Assembly: GCA_026936335.1 (NCBI GenBank)
Contig: JAPMXV010000067.1
Location: 62,001-126,000 of the forward strand
Reading direction: 5' to 3'
DNA from: Mantamonas sphyraenae STR306
Taxonomy: Eukaryota; Protista; CRuMs
DNA: 64,000 bases
The translations under genes and the position numbers were made by a program. Below the pieces are notes generated by a model. That model saw nothing but the letters and a program-made list of their open reading frames with translations. It did not search any database and had not been told where the DNA came from. Positions 43,101 to 53,627 of this stretch are shown in pieces (within the stretch, counting starts at the first letter, position 1; every line of letters begins with the position of its first letter).

Positions 43101-44343
43101 GATGCGATCATCAGAGGGTGGCCATGCAGGAGCGTCCACAGGCAGTGTGGGAGGTGGTGCTGGTGGCGGTGGTGCTGGTGGCGTGCCAGGTGGCGTGGTG
43201 GGATCCAAGGTACACTTTACCAGCAAGCTGGAACACAACGCGTCGCCCATCCATGTCACGGACGATGGAGACGACGTGGAATCGGCGCTGCGCAAGACCA
43301 GTTTGATGAGCATGGACGACGAGGAACACGCACGGATGGCCATGATGGCACGCAATCGCAACATGGTGTTGCGCATCATGGCCAAGACGCTTGCGTTGTC
43401 TCTGGTGCTCAACGTCCTCGTGTCCCTCCTCCTCTTCTTCCTCTTTGGCTACTTCTTCCTGTTTGGCCCCTCCGTGCTGGCCGTGAGCATCCTGGTCATC
43501 CAGTTCTGCTTCTGGATCTTTCAGAACAAGAACAACCGCGCCTCGAGTGCGTTCAACCGCGCCTACCTGCGATGGGTCCTCACCAGCTGCGCATGCATGA
43601 GTGCCTTTTATATCTGCATTGCCTTTGGCTGGTTCTTTGCCCAAGTCGACGATTCCCTCCTGCAAACTGCCCTGGGTTACCTCTTTGTGGCCTTTATGTT
43701 TGCCTTTAAGCAGATCATGTTCACGTTGACCAAGGACTTTCAGTTCAGCGTCTCTGTGCTCCTGTCTGCCTTTGCCCCGCAGCTGTTCACCGATCTGCTC
43801 CTCCTCATGGTGTTCCCTCGCCTCCAGGACTGGCTCTCCTTCTCCCTGGTGCTGGTCCTGCGTGTGTTTGCCTCCCTGTCCATCTCGGGTGGCCTCACAC
43901 GCTTCTGGTGGCAGATCAAACTGCGCCTGGCACGCTGGGGATGGGTGTCGGTGTGGTACTCACGCAAGCAGTACCAGATCAAGGTGTGTGCCACGTCGTT
44001 CTTTGCCATGCTCTCGCAGGTGGTCAGTCCCATCATCTTTGCCCTGCTGGTGTATGTCATGCGCAACTCGGCCAACGCACGCTACTTCCCCTACGCCAGC
44101 ATCGACAGCGACAGCGTCAACAGGCTCCTCCTCTCTGCTCTCGTTTCCATTGGCGCCTTTCTCATCACATGGGCTGTCAACAACCGCATTGTGTACTCCA
44201 CACTGGGCATTTCCCAGTTTGCCATTGGGTTCAACCTCCTCCAGGAGCAGAGTCTCGTCACCGTGGGACTCCTCGTCTGGGTTGCCTCGGTCATGTCCAC
44301 CATTGTGTGGCAGCATGCCATGGTCAACTTTGCCACTGTGTGA
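40103..44343 (+). CDS. Multi-pass membrane protein with large disordered Ser/Arg-rich regions, unknown family; exon structure uncertain
   Basis: Disordered N-terminal ORF, GT donor near 40952, a small hydrophobic exon near 41223, and a long exon ending in roughly 8-9 hydrophobic helices. Confidence 0.6.
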
Positions 44344-44447
44344 GGAGTGATGAGAGAGGAGAGAAGAGATGGAGGGTGTTGCGCGCGAGGCAGCAGTGAA
44401 ATTTGTTTCCAACACACACCTCGCCTCGCACACACTCATTTGACCCC

Positions 44448-47050
44448 ATGCCCAGAGTCAACAGAGAGGCTCTGGAGGAGCTGTTGGTGTACTTTGCCAA
44501 CCATTCATCCCACGGGGACAGCCATAGCTCGGAGAATGAGTTTGTAGGTTGGGGGGAAGGGGGGGAGAGAGAAGTGCGGCAAGGCAGGAAGGAATGCACA
44601 AGATGTGGTGGTGGTGATGATACGATACGATGTGGCCTTTGTTGTCCACTGACAACCCATTGGATGTCACACACACACACACAACAGGTGAGGGGAGTGC
44701 AAGGAAACATCCGCACTTTGTTTGAGTGTGACTATGACATTGACGTGGTGGCCAACCACGAGGGACAACTGTGCAACAGCTATCCACAGGAACTGGTGGT
44801 GCTGGTGAGGGAAAAGGCGTCGTCGAGCAGCGAGGCCGTCAACTCGGCCGAGCAGCTGGAAGAGTTGATTGTCCAGGCGCGGACCTGCCGTGTGCGCCAA
44901 CGCTTCCCCGTACCCGTCATCCTTGTGCGTGGACAGAACATTTGTCGCAGTGGCACTCTGTCCCAGGAGGCAGAGGTCATTGCACGCAACGTGCAAGAGA
45001 CCACGCTGGGCTTTTTCAAACGCTGGGTGTGAGTTTGCACCGCTTTCCCCCCCTCCCTGCTGCCTGTGTGGAGAGAGAGAGGGAGAGAGAGACGAGGCGT
45101 AGGGAAGGATGGGTGTGGTGGGTGGCTTACTGCTGACGGTGAGATGAGTGTCCGCACTGCTGACACACAACCATGGGCGGCCGTTTTCGGCGTTTGCGGC
45201 AACATTCGGCGTTTTTTTCTCGTGTCCCGTTTGCACGGATGGCACACAGGTACGACGAGCAAGACGGGGATGGGAGCGGGGCGGTTGCGACACGGGAGAA
45301 GGAGGGGGACACGCTGATGGACAAGGAGAGGAGAGCAGACATCAAGCTGCTGAACGCGTTGAAGATCCGGTACATCTGCGATCTGATGGTGGAGGACAAG
45401 AAACGGAAGTTTGGGATGCGTGTGTGCAGTTCGGAAAAGGTGGACATGCAACGACGGTACCAACGGGCAGGGTTTGAGCTTGTGGCCATCCCATACCCTG
45501 GGGTGGAGCTGTTTCGGGACGTGTGGAGGAGTGGCAAGGCGGAGGCGCTGACCACACTCAAGTACGGATGGACAGCAAGCAAAGACACGGCTGCGTTGAA
45601 TGTGCCACGCAAACACACCTTTGACTTCCGTTGGGGATCGTACAAGTCGTGGAATCTGGTGCAATTGACGCAAAGGTATCTGCAGTTGATTCTGCGCTTT
45701 GTGGCAGATGAGGAGGCCGGTGTGCTTGTGCATTGCATCAGTGGGTGGGATCGTACCCCAATGATGATCTCGTTGCTGCGGTTGTCGTTGTGGGCCGACG
45801 GTGAGATCCACCAGAGTTTGGATGCCCTGGAGATTCTCTACCTGACCATCGCGTACGATTGGTTCCTGTTTTCGCACCTGTACAAAGACCGCGCTGGCAG
45901 GGGTGAGGACATCTTTGCCTTTTGCTTCCACTTTCTGTCGTACATCGGTGCAGGGAGGTACACCCTGGCGCAGGCGGTGCACGAACACAGCCTGGATGCA
46001 GAGGAGGAGGACAGGCTGAGTCGGGGTGGTGACAGTGTGGATGGTGGTGGCTTTTCGTTGGAGAGGAGCACACGGCCGGCGCCGTTGGTGACCAAGGCCA
46101 AACATAGCATGTACGAAATGGTGAGCAAGGGCTCGTCGTCATCGTCGAACCGATCGCCGCCGCGGCTGCAACTGTTGGACGAGGATAGTGCGGATGTGGA
46201 CGTGGTGGTGTCGGACGAGCTGGAGATCCAGGATAGCTCGTATCATGGGAACGAGTACTTTGACGCAGCCATGCAGGAACGCGGGTTTACAGACAGGGAG
46301 AGGGGGAAGGAGGAGGAGGAGGAGGAGGAGGGCAGGAAGGGCAGAGGGGTCGATGAGAGTGGGGACAGCAGTGACGATGATGATGATGATACAGACACAG
46401 GCACAGGCACAGACATGGAAAGGGACGGGAGCGACGACGAGGAGGTGATGGGGATGATGGATGATGACATGGCCTTTGTGATGGATGAAGATGCAGGGGC
46501 GACGCTGGCCAAGCAGCAGCAGCAACAAAGGGGTGCAGGAGGAGATGAGGAGGGATTGGTGTTGGGACGGCTGAGCCGATCGAGGGACGACGAACAGTCG
46601 CTACGCAAGGGGCAACACCAACACAACAGCAACAACAAGGACGACAACGACGACGAAGACGAAATGGTGAATGTGTTGGGCGATGTGGTGGAGTTGCAAA
46701 ACTCGTGGCATGGGAACAATGGGGCAGCGTTGATGGAACAGGCAGCGAGTGCGCAGCAGCCGGCACAACTCAGTGGCTTGCTGTCCCAGGCAATGGCCAC
46801 ACATGCACCGTTGTCGCCCGGATCGTCATTCGATGACAAGGGCCAGTTGAGGGTGCAACGCATGGACGAGCAGCTGGGCAGGGGCGAAAGTCCGCTTGTG
46901 GTGGACCACAAACAGGTGGAGACTAGGGAGGAGAGGTTGGAAGAGGTGCAGAGTTTGTTTGTGGGCTGCTACACAGAGTGTGTGTTGAGCAAGCGTGATG
47001 AGGATGACGAGTGGAAGCGTTTGTGGCAGGCCCTGCCTCGCCTTCACTAG
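44448..47050 (+). CDS. MTMR14: Myotubularin-related phosphoinositide phosphatase MTMR14 (Jumpy/EDTP); spliced
   Basis: RVRQRFPVPVI...ICRSGTL, ICDLMVEDKKRKFG, PYPGVE, VHCISGWDRTP and YLTIAYDWFLFSH. Confidence 0.9.
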
Positions 47051-47110
47051 ATTTCGTCGTGATCGGCTCCCACTGTGGCCGCACTGAGAAATTACAAATG
47101 TACAGAAAGA

Positions 47111-47806
47111 TTATGAACGAAAGAGGAGGAGGAGGAGGGCAGAGGCGAGGACCAGCAGGGTCAGAACAGGCATGGTGGGTGAGGGAGAAGAGGAAGACCT
47201 GGATTCGTACGGATCAAACCACGTGCGGTTGCCTTGCTTCAGATCCACATTCTTGTCAAAGTGCAGACAGACGCTGTTCATGCAATAGCGATGTCCTGTG
47301 GGTTTGGGTCCGTCTGTGTTGGGCAGGGTAAGGTGTGAGCGAAAGGAGAAGAGCGTGGATTGGGGGGGAAAAGGTGCGCCACGCATACCGTCAAACACAT
47401 GACCCAGATGAGCACCACAGCGGTGGCAATCGACAGCAACACGCTCGCCACAGTACCAGCATGAGTTGTCTTTTTTCAAGGTGACGCTGGTGGCATTCCA
47501 CACGGCCCAGTAGCTTGGCCAGCCGGAACCGGAGTTGTACTTTTCGGACGAGGCAAAAAGGATGTTGCCGCAACAGGAGCATCGATAGACGCCTTTGCCC
47601 GGGTTTGTGCGGTCATACAAGCCTGTGTGTGCTCTCTCTGTGCCCTCGTTCATGCAGACGGCCTTGAATTCGCTCTGTGACTCTGTTTGTGGATTCGGGC
47701 AGTTGCTGGTGGAGCGGCACTGTGCCAGCTCACACGCGAGTGTGTGTGTGGCCACCAGAAGCAGAATGGCCCATAGGAGGAGGTTGGTGGCGGGCAACAA
47801 GCGCAT
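47111..47806 (-). CDS. msrB: Methionine-R-sulfoxide reductase B with signal peptide and hydrophobic C-terminal tail; one intron
   Basis: GTERA, GVYRCSCCG, SGSGWPSY, CHRCGAHLGHVFD|GPKPTGHRYCMNS. Confidence 0.9.
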   Translation of the reverse strand: MRLLPATNLLLWAILLLVATHTLACELAQCRSTSNCPNPQTESQSEFKAVCMNEGTERAHTGLYDRTNPGKGVYRCSCCGNILFASSEKYNSGSGWPSYWAVWNATSVTLKKDNSCWYCGERVAVDCHRCGAHLGHVFDGMRGAPFPPQSTLFSFRSHLTLPNTDGPKPTGHRYCMNSVCLHFDKNVDLKQGNRTWFDPYESRSSSSPSPTMPVLTLLVLASALLLLLFRS

Positions 47807-48025
47807 TGGGGGCGCAAGGAGGGGAGGGAGAGGACGGTGGTGTTTTTGGGTTGGTGGTGGTGCTGCAGAGTGTGGCTAAGCATAGTATGGAACACAAAGT
47901 TAATGATTGGACGTGTGCTGGTGTTATTCCCACTCTTGCTCTTCGTTTACACTTTTTCATTGCCACGTTTGACCCACAGCCCGCTCCGAGCATGTTTGCG
48001 GGGAAGATTCGTGTTCAAATTGGAA

Positions 48026-48436
48026 TCACATCTCTGCCTCTGGCTCAGTGTCTGCATGCTGTTTGTTGAGCATTTGGTGCAAGTGTTCCTCGTTGATGCG
48101 ATGGCGAAAGACTGCGGGAGAAGGAGAGGTGGTTGGAGAACGAGGCAAAGGGCAAGGGCACGGCGTAGGGAGTGAACAAGGTGAGCACAGGACCAATGCT
48201 GGGTGGGATGGGTGAGCACAGGTACCTTCCACGTCGTTGAGGTGCAGCACAGGGATGTCAAACATGTACTTGTCGTGCCATTGCTGGTTTCCTGCGGCCG
48301 TGATGTCGACTTGAGTCAAGCGTGCAGGCACAGAGGTGGAGTTGAGGACATTGGTGACGGCCTCCTTGGCCTTGTCGCACAGGGAACAATTGGCCTTGCC
48401 AAACAGCGTGAGCAGCGTGAGGCGATTTTTGGACAT
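48026..48436 (-). CDS. Glutaredoxin-like protein (DUF836 type); one intron
   Basis: LTLFGKANCSLCDKAK, VDIT, WHDKYMFDIPVLHLN and FRHRI. Confidence 0.85.
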   Translation of the reverse strand: MSKNRLTLLTLFGKANCSLCDKAKEAVTNVLNSTSVPARLTQVDITAAGNQQWHDKYMFDIPVLHLNDVEGTCAHPSHPALVLCSPCSLPTPCPCPLPRSPTTSPSPAVFRHRINEEHLHQMLNKQHADTEPEAEM

Positions 48437-48827
48437 GGCTGGCCCCATCTGCGCATTCCCCACGCATGTGGACAATCGACTGCTGGTCTGACGTGTTTAC
48501 TTATGTGTGTGTGTGTGAGAGAGAGTGTGTGGGAGGGCTGATATGCACGGTCGTGGGTTCATTCAAGGGCAGGTGGGTGGACAAGGGAGGCGTGCGGATA
48601 TTTCCGCCCTCACCGCCTACTCCCATCGCTCCCACGGGGTGGTGGGCACCACAGGCAATGCACAGGGGATGAACGAGTCGTTTGGAGGTGACTGCACGTC
48701 GGGTGCCCCACTGCACATTTGGATCCCGCCCCTAAAGGTTTCTCATGACGGGGAGTGGTTGCGATCCGGATTTTGCGCCGAGCCGTGTGCGCTCCTCTTA
48801 ACCCGCCGGGACATCCTATGTATGCAA

Positions 48828-49163
48828 GCTGGGACCTTCCGCGGCATGCTTTGTCGCGCCGCTAACCATGCGTGTCATCTTTGTTCTGCCCGTACGACGA
48901 GGCGGCTGCTTGCACCTCTGCCAGAAGCGCAGAGGCAGCGGCGCCTCAGCGGGCATCGGAACACAAAGTGGATGACCCACAGTCTTATCATGGCCTGTGC
49001 ACCGACATACTTCGATTTCTCAAAAAAACTTCTGTCTGTTTTCTAAACCCCAACCTTGAACAATGTTATTGCCCTTCGCGGCGGCGTCTGTGCACGCCGC
49101 TGCGGGGCGACGATACTGATCAGGTGCTGCGGGAGGTCCTGGCGTTCTCTCTTTTCTTTTTTT
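48828..49163 (+). ncRNA. Candidate structured ~310-nt non-coding RNA with terminal T-tract; identity unresolved
   Basis: 48828-48847 pairs with 49124-49143 (20 bp, every non-WC pair is G-U on +). Long hairpin 48852-49007, second hairpin ~49064-49115, T7 at 49157-49163. No credible ORF. Confidence 0.55.
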
Positions 49164-49307
49164 GTGCGTGTTTCTTTCGTTGTGTGGGTGTGGGTGTGTG
49201 TGTGTTGGGTGTGGGTGTGTGGACGATTGCATGTGTGTGTGGGTGGAGGAGAGGTGAATGTGGGATGTGTGGGGAAATGGCACGCATTCCTGCGTGCACC
49301 AGCATGC

Positions 49308-50444
49308 TTATTTCAGTCTCACGGAGCGCGTGTTCTCGTGCAGCAGATCCAGGATGCCGTTGAAGCGAAAGAGGGTGGCGAGGGAATGGACAGAGTGGCC
49401 GTCGTCGGCAATATGGTTGATGTCTGCCCCAGCCTCCCACAAGGACTCCACCGTGTCTGCCATGCCCAGTGCCGCTGCCAACTCCACCGCTGTGTATCCT
49501 GGGTGTCTGCTGTCCTGCCTCGACACCTCTTCATTCGGGTCTGCCCCTGCCTGCAGCAGCACTTCCACCCGTGCACCGTATCCCACACGCACAGCATGCA
49601 GCAACGCTGTTTCCCCACGTGCACTGCGTGCATCCACCTCTGCACCCCCCTCCAACAGCTCCTTTACCGTCTCCGCCGACCCGTGTGGAGCAGAGGCTGC
49701 CAGGAGCAGAGCCGTGCAGCCGCTGTGTGGCTCTTGAGCCTCGAGGTCAGCTCCAGCCTCAACCAACATCTCCACCATGCGACTGCTGCCGCATTCCACT
49801 GCGTACATGAGCGCCGTCTTGGATTCGTATGTGCGTGTTTCCGTGTCTGCGCCTGCCTGCAGAAGGAGGTTGAGCACCTGCGGCTGGTTCTCCCTGGCCG
49901 CATGGGTCAGTGCCGTCCAGTTTCCCCTTCGCACTGCATTCACATCCGCCCCAGCGTCCACCAACACACGGAGGGTGTCCACATGCCCACCCTTGGCTGC
50001 CAGCTGCAACGGCGTCCAGGCCAGGCTGTTGCTGGTCTGTGGGTCTGCCCCGTGGCTCAGCAGCATGTCCACAATGGCTGTGTGTCCCTTGGCTGCTGCC
50101 ACACTGAGCGCGGTGCTGCCGTCCTGCTTCCTGGCTTCCACGTCGGCCTGGGCCTCCAGGAGCAGTCGCACCAGATCCCCGCTGCTGTTGCTATCCACGT
50201 CGCAGGCAAGCAGCAAGGGTGTCCAGCCCAGGGCGTTGGCTGCGTTGACGTCGGCACCGTTGTGGAGCAGCGCTTGCACGGTTTGTGGCATGGTGTGTGC
50301 CGTGGCGGCGAGGAGGGCGGTCCATTTGCCGTCGCCGCGGACGTTGACGAGGGACGGATCGAGAGAGGCGAGGGCGTTGAGGGAGCCATGGAGGCCATTG
50401 GAAGCTTGGGTGATGAGTTTCCTGGTGGAGGAGAGGGAGGACAT
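49308..50444 (-). CDS. Ankyrin-repeat protein (copy 1)
   Basis: About ten G.TAL..AA..GH...V..LL..GAD.. repeats. Confidence 0.9.
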   Translation of the reverse strand: MSSLSSTRKLITQASNGLHGSLNALASLDPSLVNVRGDGKWTALLAATAHTMPQTVQALLHNGADVNAANALGWTPLLLACDVDSNSSGDLVRLLLEAQADVEARKQDGSTALSVAAAKGHTAIVDMLLSHGADPQTSNSLAWTPLQLAAKGGHVDTLRVLVDAGADVNAVRRGNWTALTHAARENQPQVLNLLLQAGADTETRTYESKTALMYAVECGSSRMVEMLVEAGADLEAQEPHSGCTALLLAASAPHGSAETVKELLEGGAEVDARSARGETALLHAVRVGYGARVEVLLQAGADPNEEVSRQDSRHPGYTAVELAAALGMADTVESLWEAGADINHIADDGHSVHSLATLFRFNGILDLLHENTRSVRLK

Positions 50445-50537
50445 TGTCGAAGGGGAAGGGACGGGAGTTGGTGTGTGTGTGGGTTTGGGGAAGGTGCGCT
50501 GGGGGAGGCAATAGTTGAAGAGAGGGTGAGAGAGAGA

Positions 50538-53500
50538 ATGAGCAGGGGAAGGGACAGAGACAGAGGGGCAAGGAGAAGGAGGAAGGGTGGGAAGGGAGAG
50601 GTGAGGGAGATGCAAACGCGGTTTGTGGAGGTGGAGGTGTCAGGAGGGAATGGGGAAGGAGGTGGAAACGGGACAGGAGAGGAAGAGGGGAAGGAGGAGG
50701 AGGATGATGAGGGGGTGGATGTGGAGGGAGTGGGGAGGGTGGAAGGGAGGCACACGGGTGAGTCATCGTCGTCGTCAGGAAGGAGGGAGGGGCAGGGAAA
50801 GGCAGGGAACACGAAAGAAAGGAGGAAGTCGGGTGATCACTGGTGGGAGAAGGGCGGAATGAGGGATGTGAGGGTGCTGGTGCTGGGGAATGATGGGGAA
50901 GGGACACTGGGATCTGTGGAGGAGCTCAAGAAAATTGAAACGGTGTGTCATGAGAGGCAATTGGAGCCTTTGGCGAGGCTGGACGCTCGTCAGGACGATG
51001 TACTGCGGCTGTTGCGTGAGTATGGGCAGCACATGGTGCATATTGTGTCACACATGGGAAGGGAGTACGTGAAGGCTGTGGATGGGGACGTGAAGCGGCA
51101 GTCACTCGTGGATGCGGTGAGCAAGGCAAGGCCTGTGCTGGTGTTTCTGAACGGGTGTGAGAGCGAGGAGATGGCAAAGATGGTGGGTGAGTATGTGCCA
51201 GTGGTGGTTGGATACAGGGAGAAGGTGCTGGATGGGGCAGCTGTGAAGATGGCAGGGGCGTTCTATGAGGCATTGGGAGCGGGAGAAAGCGTGGAGACGG
51301 CGTTTGGTGAAGCCCAGAAGGCAGGAGGGGACAGGGAGGGGAAGAAGGCAGTGTTGGAGACATGGGAGGGATGGAAGAAGGAGAGGCTGGTGTATGGGGG
51401 AGGGAGGAGTGCAAAGGAGGCAGAGGCAGCAGCTCGAGTACTGGGTCTCCCCAGTCGCGAGCGGCCATTGACAAAATCCACCCATGGAGTCCCAGCGCAA
51501 TGGTTGTGGAACATTGCGCTGGGAAGCTTAGTCATGCTTGTGCTCATCGGCCTCGCTGTCTCCATCGTACGGGTAAAGCGGGTGGACAATTTGCAGAAGC
51601 AAAGAGAGCTTGTGGCGAGGAATGAGGTCATGGAGGAGGTGTGGGGAGAAGAAGGGGTGGTGGTGATGCATGGGGCACGGGGCATGGGCAAGACAAGTGT
51701 GGCACAGATGTATGCGTGGCAGGTGAAGGATGAAAGGGCGGCGGAGGTGGTGTGGTGGGTGCATGGGCAGAGCAGAGAGGAGGTGGTGAGTGATTTGCTG
51801 CAGTTGGGAGTGGCATTGGGGGTGATTACGGATGAAAAGGTGGAGATGGCGAACAAGGAGGAGGTGCGGGAAGGGATGGCGGGGCAGACGATGCGTGCAC
51901 TGGAGGGACGACGTTGGGTGATGGTTGTGGATGGAGTGGAGGAGTGGGGCGATGTGGAACCTGTGCTGCAGGAGGGAGGGACGGTGGTGGTGACGACGTG
52001 GAAGGATGGGATTTGGGACACGGGGGCGGTGGACAAAGTTGTACGCGTGGGGATCATGGAGGATGAGGAGGTGGATGCAGTGTTTGCCAGTGAAGGGGTG
52101 GTGGTGGTGGATGGAGAGGATGATGATGAGGAGGTGAAGGCGTATGGGGAGCTGAAGGAGCTTCTGGGAGGGATGGCGCTGGCTGTGCGACAAGCAGCGG
52201 CTGTGATTGGGGAAGATTACGGCGAAACGCGAGTGAGAGACTACAGAGAGGGACTCAAGGCGAGTGTGGAGGATATGGAGGAAGGAATTGAATCTGACGC
52301 GTACAACAAGACGACGGTGGCCGTGTGGAAGATGGCGATGGACGCAGCTGGGCAGAAGAACAAGGATGCAGTGGGGCTGATGCAGTGCCTGTCACTGTTG
52401 GATGGAGGAGGGGTGCAAGAGAGGGTGTTGGTGACGCTGATGGAGGATGTGGAGGGCGTTGGTAGCAGGGAATTGGCCAAGAGGACAGCGAAGAAAGCTA
52501 TGAAGGCGCTGAAGCGCGTGTCGCTGGTGCAACGGGCTGTGGATGGGGATGGTTGGCAGGTGCATGGATTGGTGCAAATGATGACACGGGGAGGGGAGGT
52601 GCTACAGGTGAAGGCAGATGGGAGGATGGAGGCATGGAGGCGCGTGATGAAGATGATGCGGAAGGAATTCCGATTCGACAGCAGTGGGGCATTGAAGGAG
52701 CTGGTGTGGCACAGGGAGATGCTGATGCATGGGGAGCGGGTGTGGAGGGTGTGTCATGCAGCGTGCCAAGCTTCAGGTGAGGTGGAAGAGGTCTGCTGGG
52801 TTGGGCAGAATGTGGTTGGTATGCAACTGTGGATGGGTGGATATAGAGAAGCAGAGAGGATGCTGGAGGAGGTGATGGAGGTGCAGAGGAGGGCAGGCAT
52901 GGATGGGGAGGAGAACGAGGGATGGGGAAGGAGCATGCACATCATGGCTGGGGTGTACAAGGCCAAGGGAGAGTACAATCGTGCACTGGAGCTGTATGAG
53001 AAGGCACTTTCGATCAGGCGACGGGTGCATGGTGGGGGTGAGCACCCGGATGTGGCCACGAGCATCAACAACATTGCTCAGGTGTACCATGCCAAGGGAA
53101 AGTACGATCGGGCACTGGGGCTGTATGAGCAGGCACTGGGTATCTGGCGACGGGTGCATGGTGGGGATGAGCACCCGGACGTGGCATCGAGCATCAACAA
53201 CATTGCTGGGGTGTACCATGCCACGGAAGAGTACGATCGGGCACTGGAGCTGTATGAGCAGGCACTGGAGATCTGGCGACGGGTGCATGGTGGGGATGAG
53301 CACCCGGATGTGGCCACGAGCATCCACAACATGGCTGAGGTGTACAATGCCAAGGGAGAGTACGATCGGGCACTACAGCTGCATGAGCAGGCACTGGCGA
53401 TCAAACGACGGGTGCATGGTGGGGATGAGCACCCGGATGTGGCCACGAGCATCAACAACATGGCTGTGGTGTACTTCAACAAGGGAGAGTACGATCGGGC

Positions 53501-53627
53501 ACTCGAGCTGTTTGAACAAGCAAGAGAGATCCTCCAAACGACACAAGCATCCCGTCAGCTTGTGCTCGCTGTCTTGAATGGCATCAAGAGATGCTCTCAG
53601 AAGCTCTCGTCCTCGAACCCGCAATGA
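50538..53627 (+). CDS. NLR-like CHAT-(TM)-NB-ARC-TPR protein (copy 1, five TPR units)
   Basis: CHAT motifs VHIVSHMG and LVFLNGCES. Walker A HGARGMGKT, Walker B WVMVVDGVE, VVVTT, GGMALAV, VHGLVQ. 43-aa TPR units. Confidence 0.85.
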   Translation: MSRGRDRDRGARRRRKGGKGEVREMQTRFVEVEVSGGNGEGGGNGTGEEEGKEEEDDEGVDVEGVGRVEGRHTGESSSSSGRREGQGKAGNTKERRKSGDHWWEKGGMRDVRVLVLGNDGEGTLGSVEELKKIETVCHERQLEPLARLDARQDDVLRLLREYGQHMVHIVSHMGREYVKAVDGDVKRQSLVDAVSKARPVLVFLNGCESEEMAKMVGEYVPVVVGYREKVLDGAAVKMAGAFYEALGAGESVETAFGEAQKAGGDREGKKAVLETWEGWKKERLVYGGGRSAKEAEAAARVLGLPSRERPLTKSTHGVPAQWLWNIALGSLVMLVLIGLAVSIVRVKRVDNLQKQRELVARNEVMEEVWGEEGVVVMHGARGMGKTSVAQMYAWQVKDERAAEVVWWVHGQSREEVVSDLLQLGVALGVITDEKVEMANKEEVREGMAGQTMRALEGRRWVMVVDGVEEWGDVEPVLQEGGTVVVTTWKDGIWDTGAVDKVVRVGIMEDEEVDAVFASEGVVVVDGEDDDEEVKAYGELKELLGGMALAVRQAAAVIGEDYGETRVRDYREGLKASVEDMEEGIESDAYNKTTVAVWKMAMDAAGQKNKDAVGLMQCLSLLDGGGVQERVLVTLMEDVEGVGSRELAKRTAKKAMKALKRVSLVQRAVDGDGWQVHGLVQMMTRGGEVLQVKADGRMEAWRRVMKMMRKEFRFDSSGALKELVWHREMLMHGERVWRVCHAACQASGEVEEVCWVGQNVVGMQLWMGGYREAERMLEEVMEVQRRAGMDGEENEGWGRSMHIMAGVYKAKGEYNRALELYEKALSIRRRVHGGGEHPDVATSINNIAQVYHAKGKYDRALGLYEQALGIWRRVHGGDEHPDVASSINNIAGVYHATEEYDRALELYEQALEIWRRVHGGDEHPDVATSIHNMAEVYNAKGEYDRALQLHEQALAIKRRVHGGDEHPDVATSINNMAVVYFNKGEYDRALELFEQAREILQTTQASRQLVLAVLNGIKRCSQKLSSSNPQ
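52921..53520 (+). repeat. 129-bp coding tandem repeat (TPR), five units
   Basis: HPDVA.SI.N.A.VY...GEYDRAL.L.EQAL.I.RRVHGGDE units. Confidence 0.9.

Noticed and set aside
49056-50537. Apparent ~490-aa N-terminal extension of NLR copy 1 in the ORF track
   Set aside because: It is the antisense of the ankyrin gene; copy 2 shows the start is MSRGRDRD.
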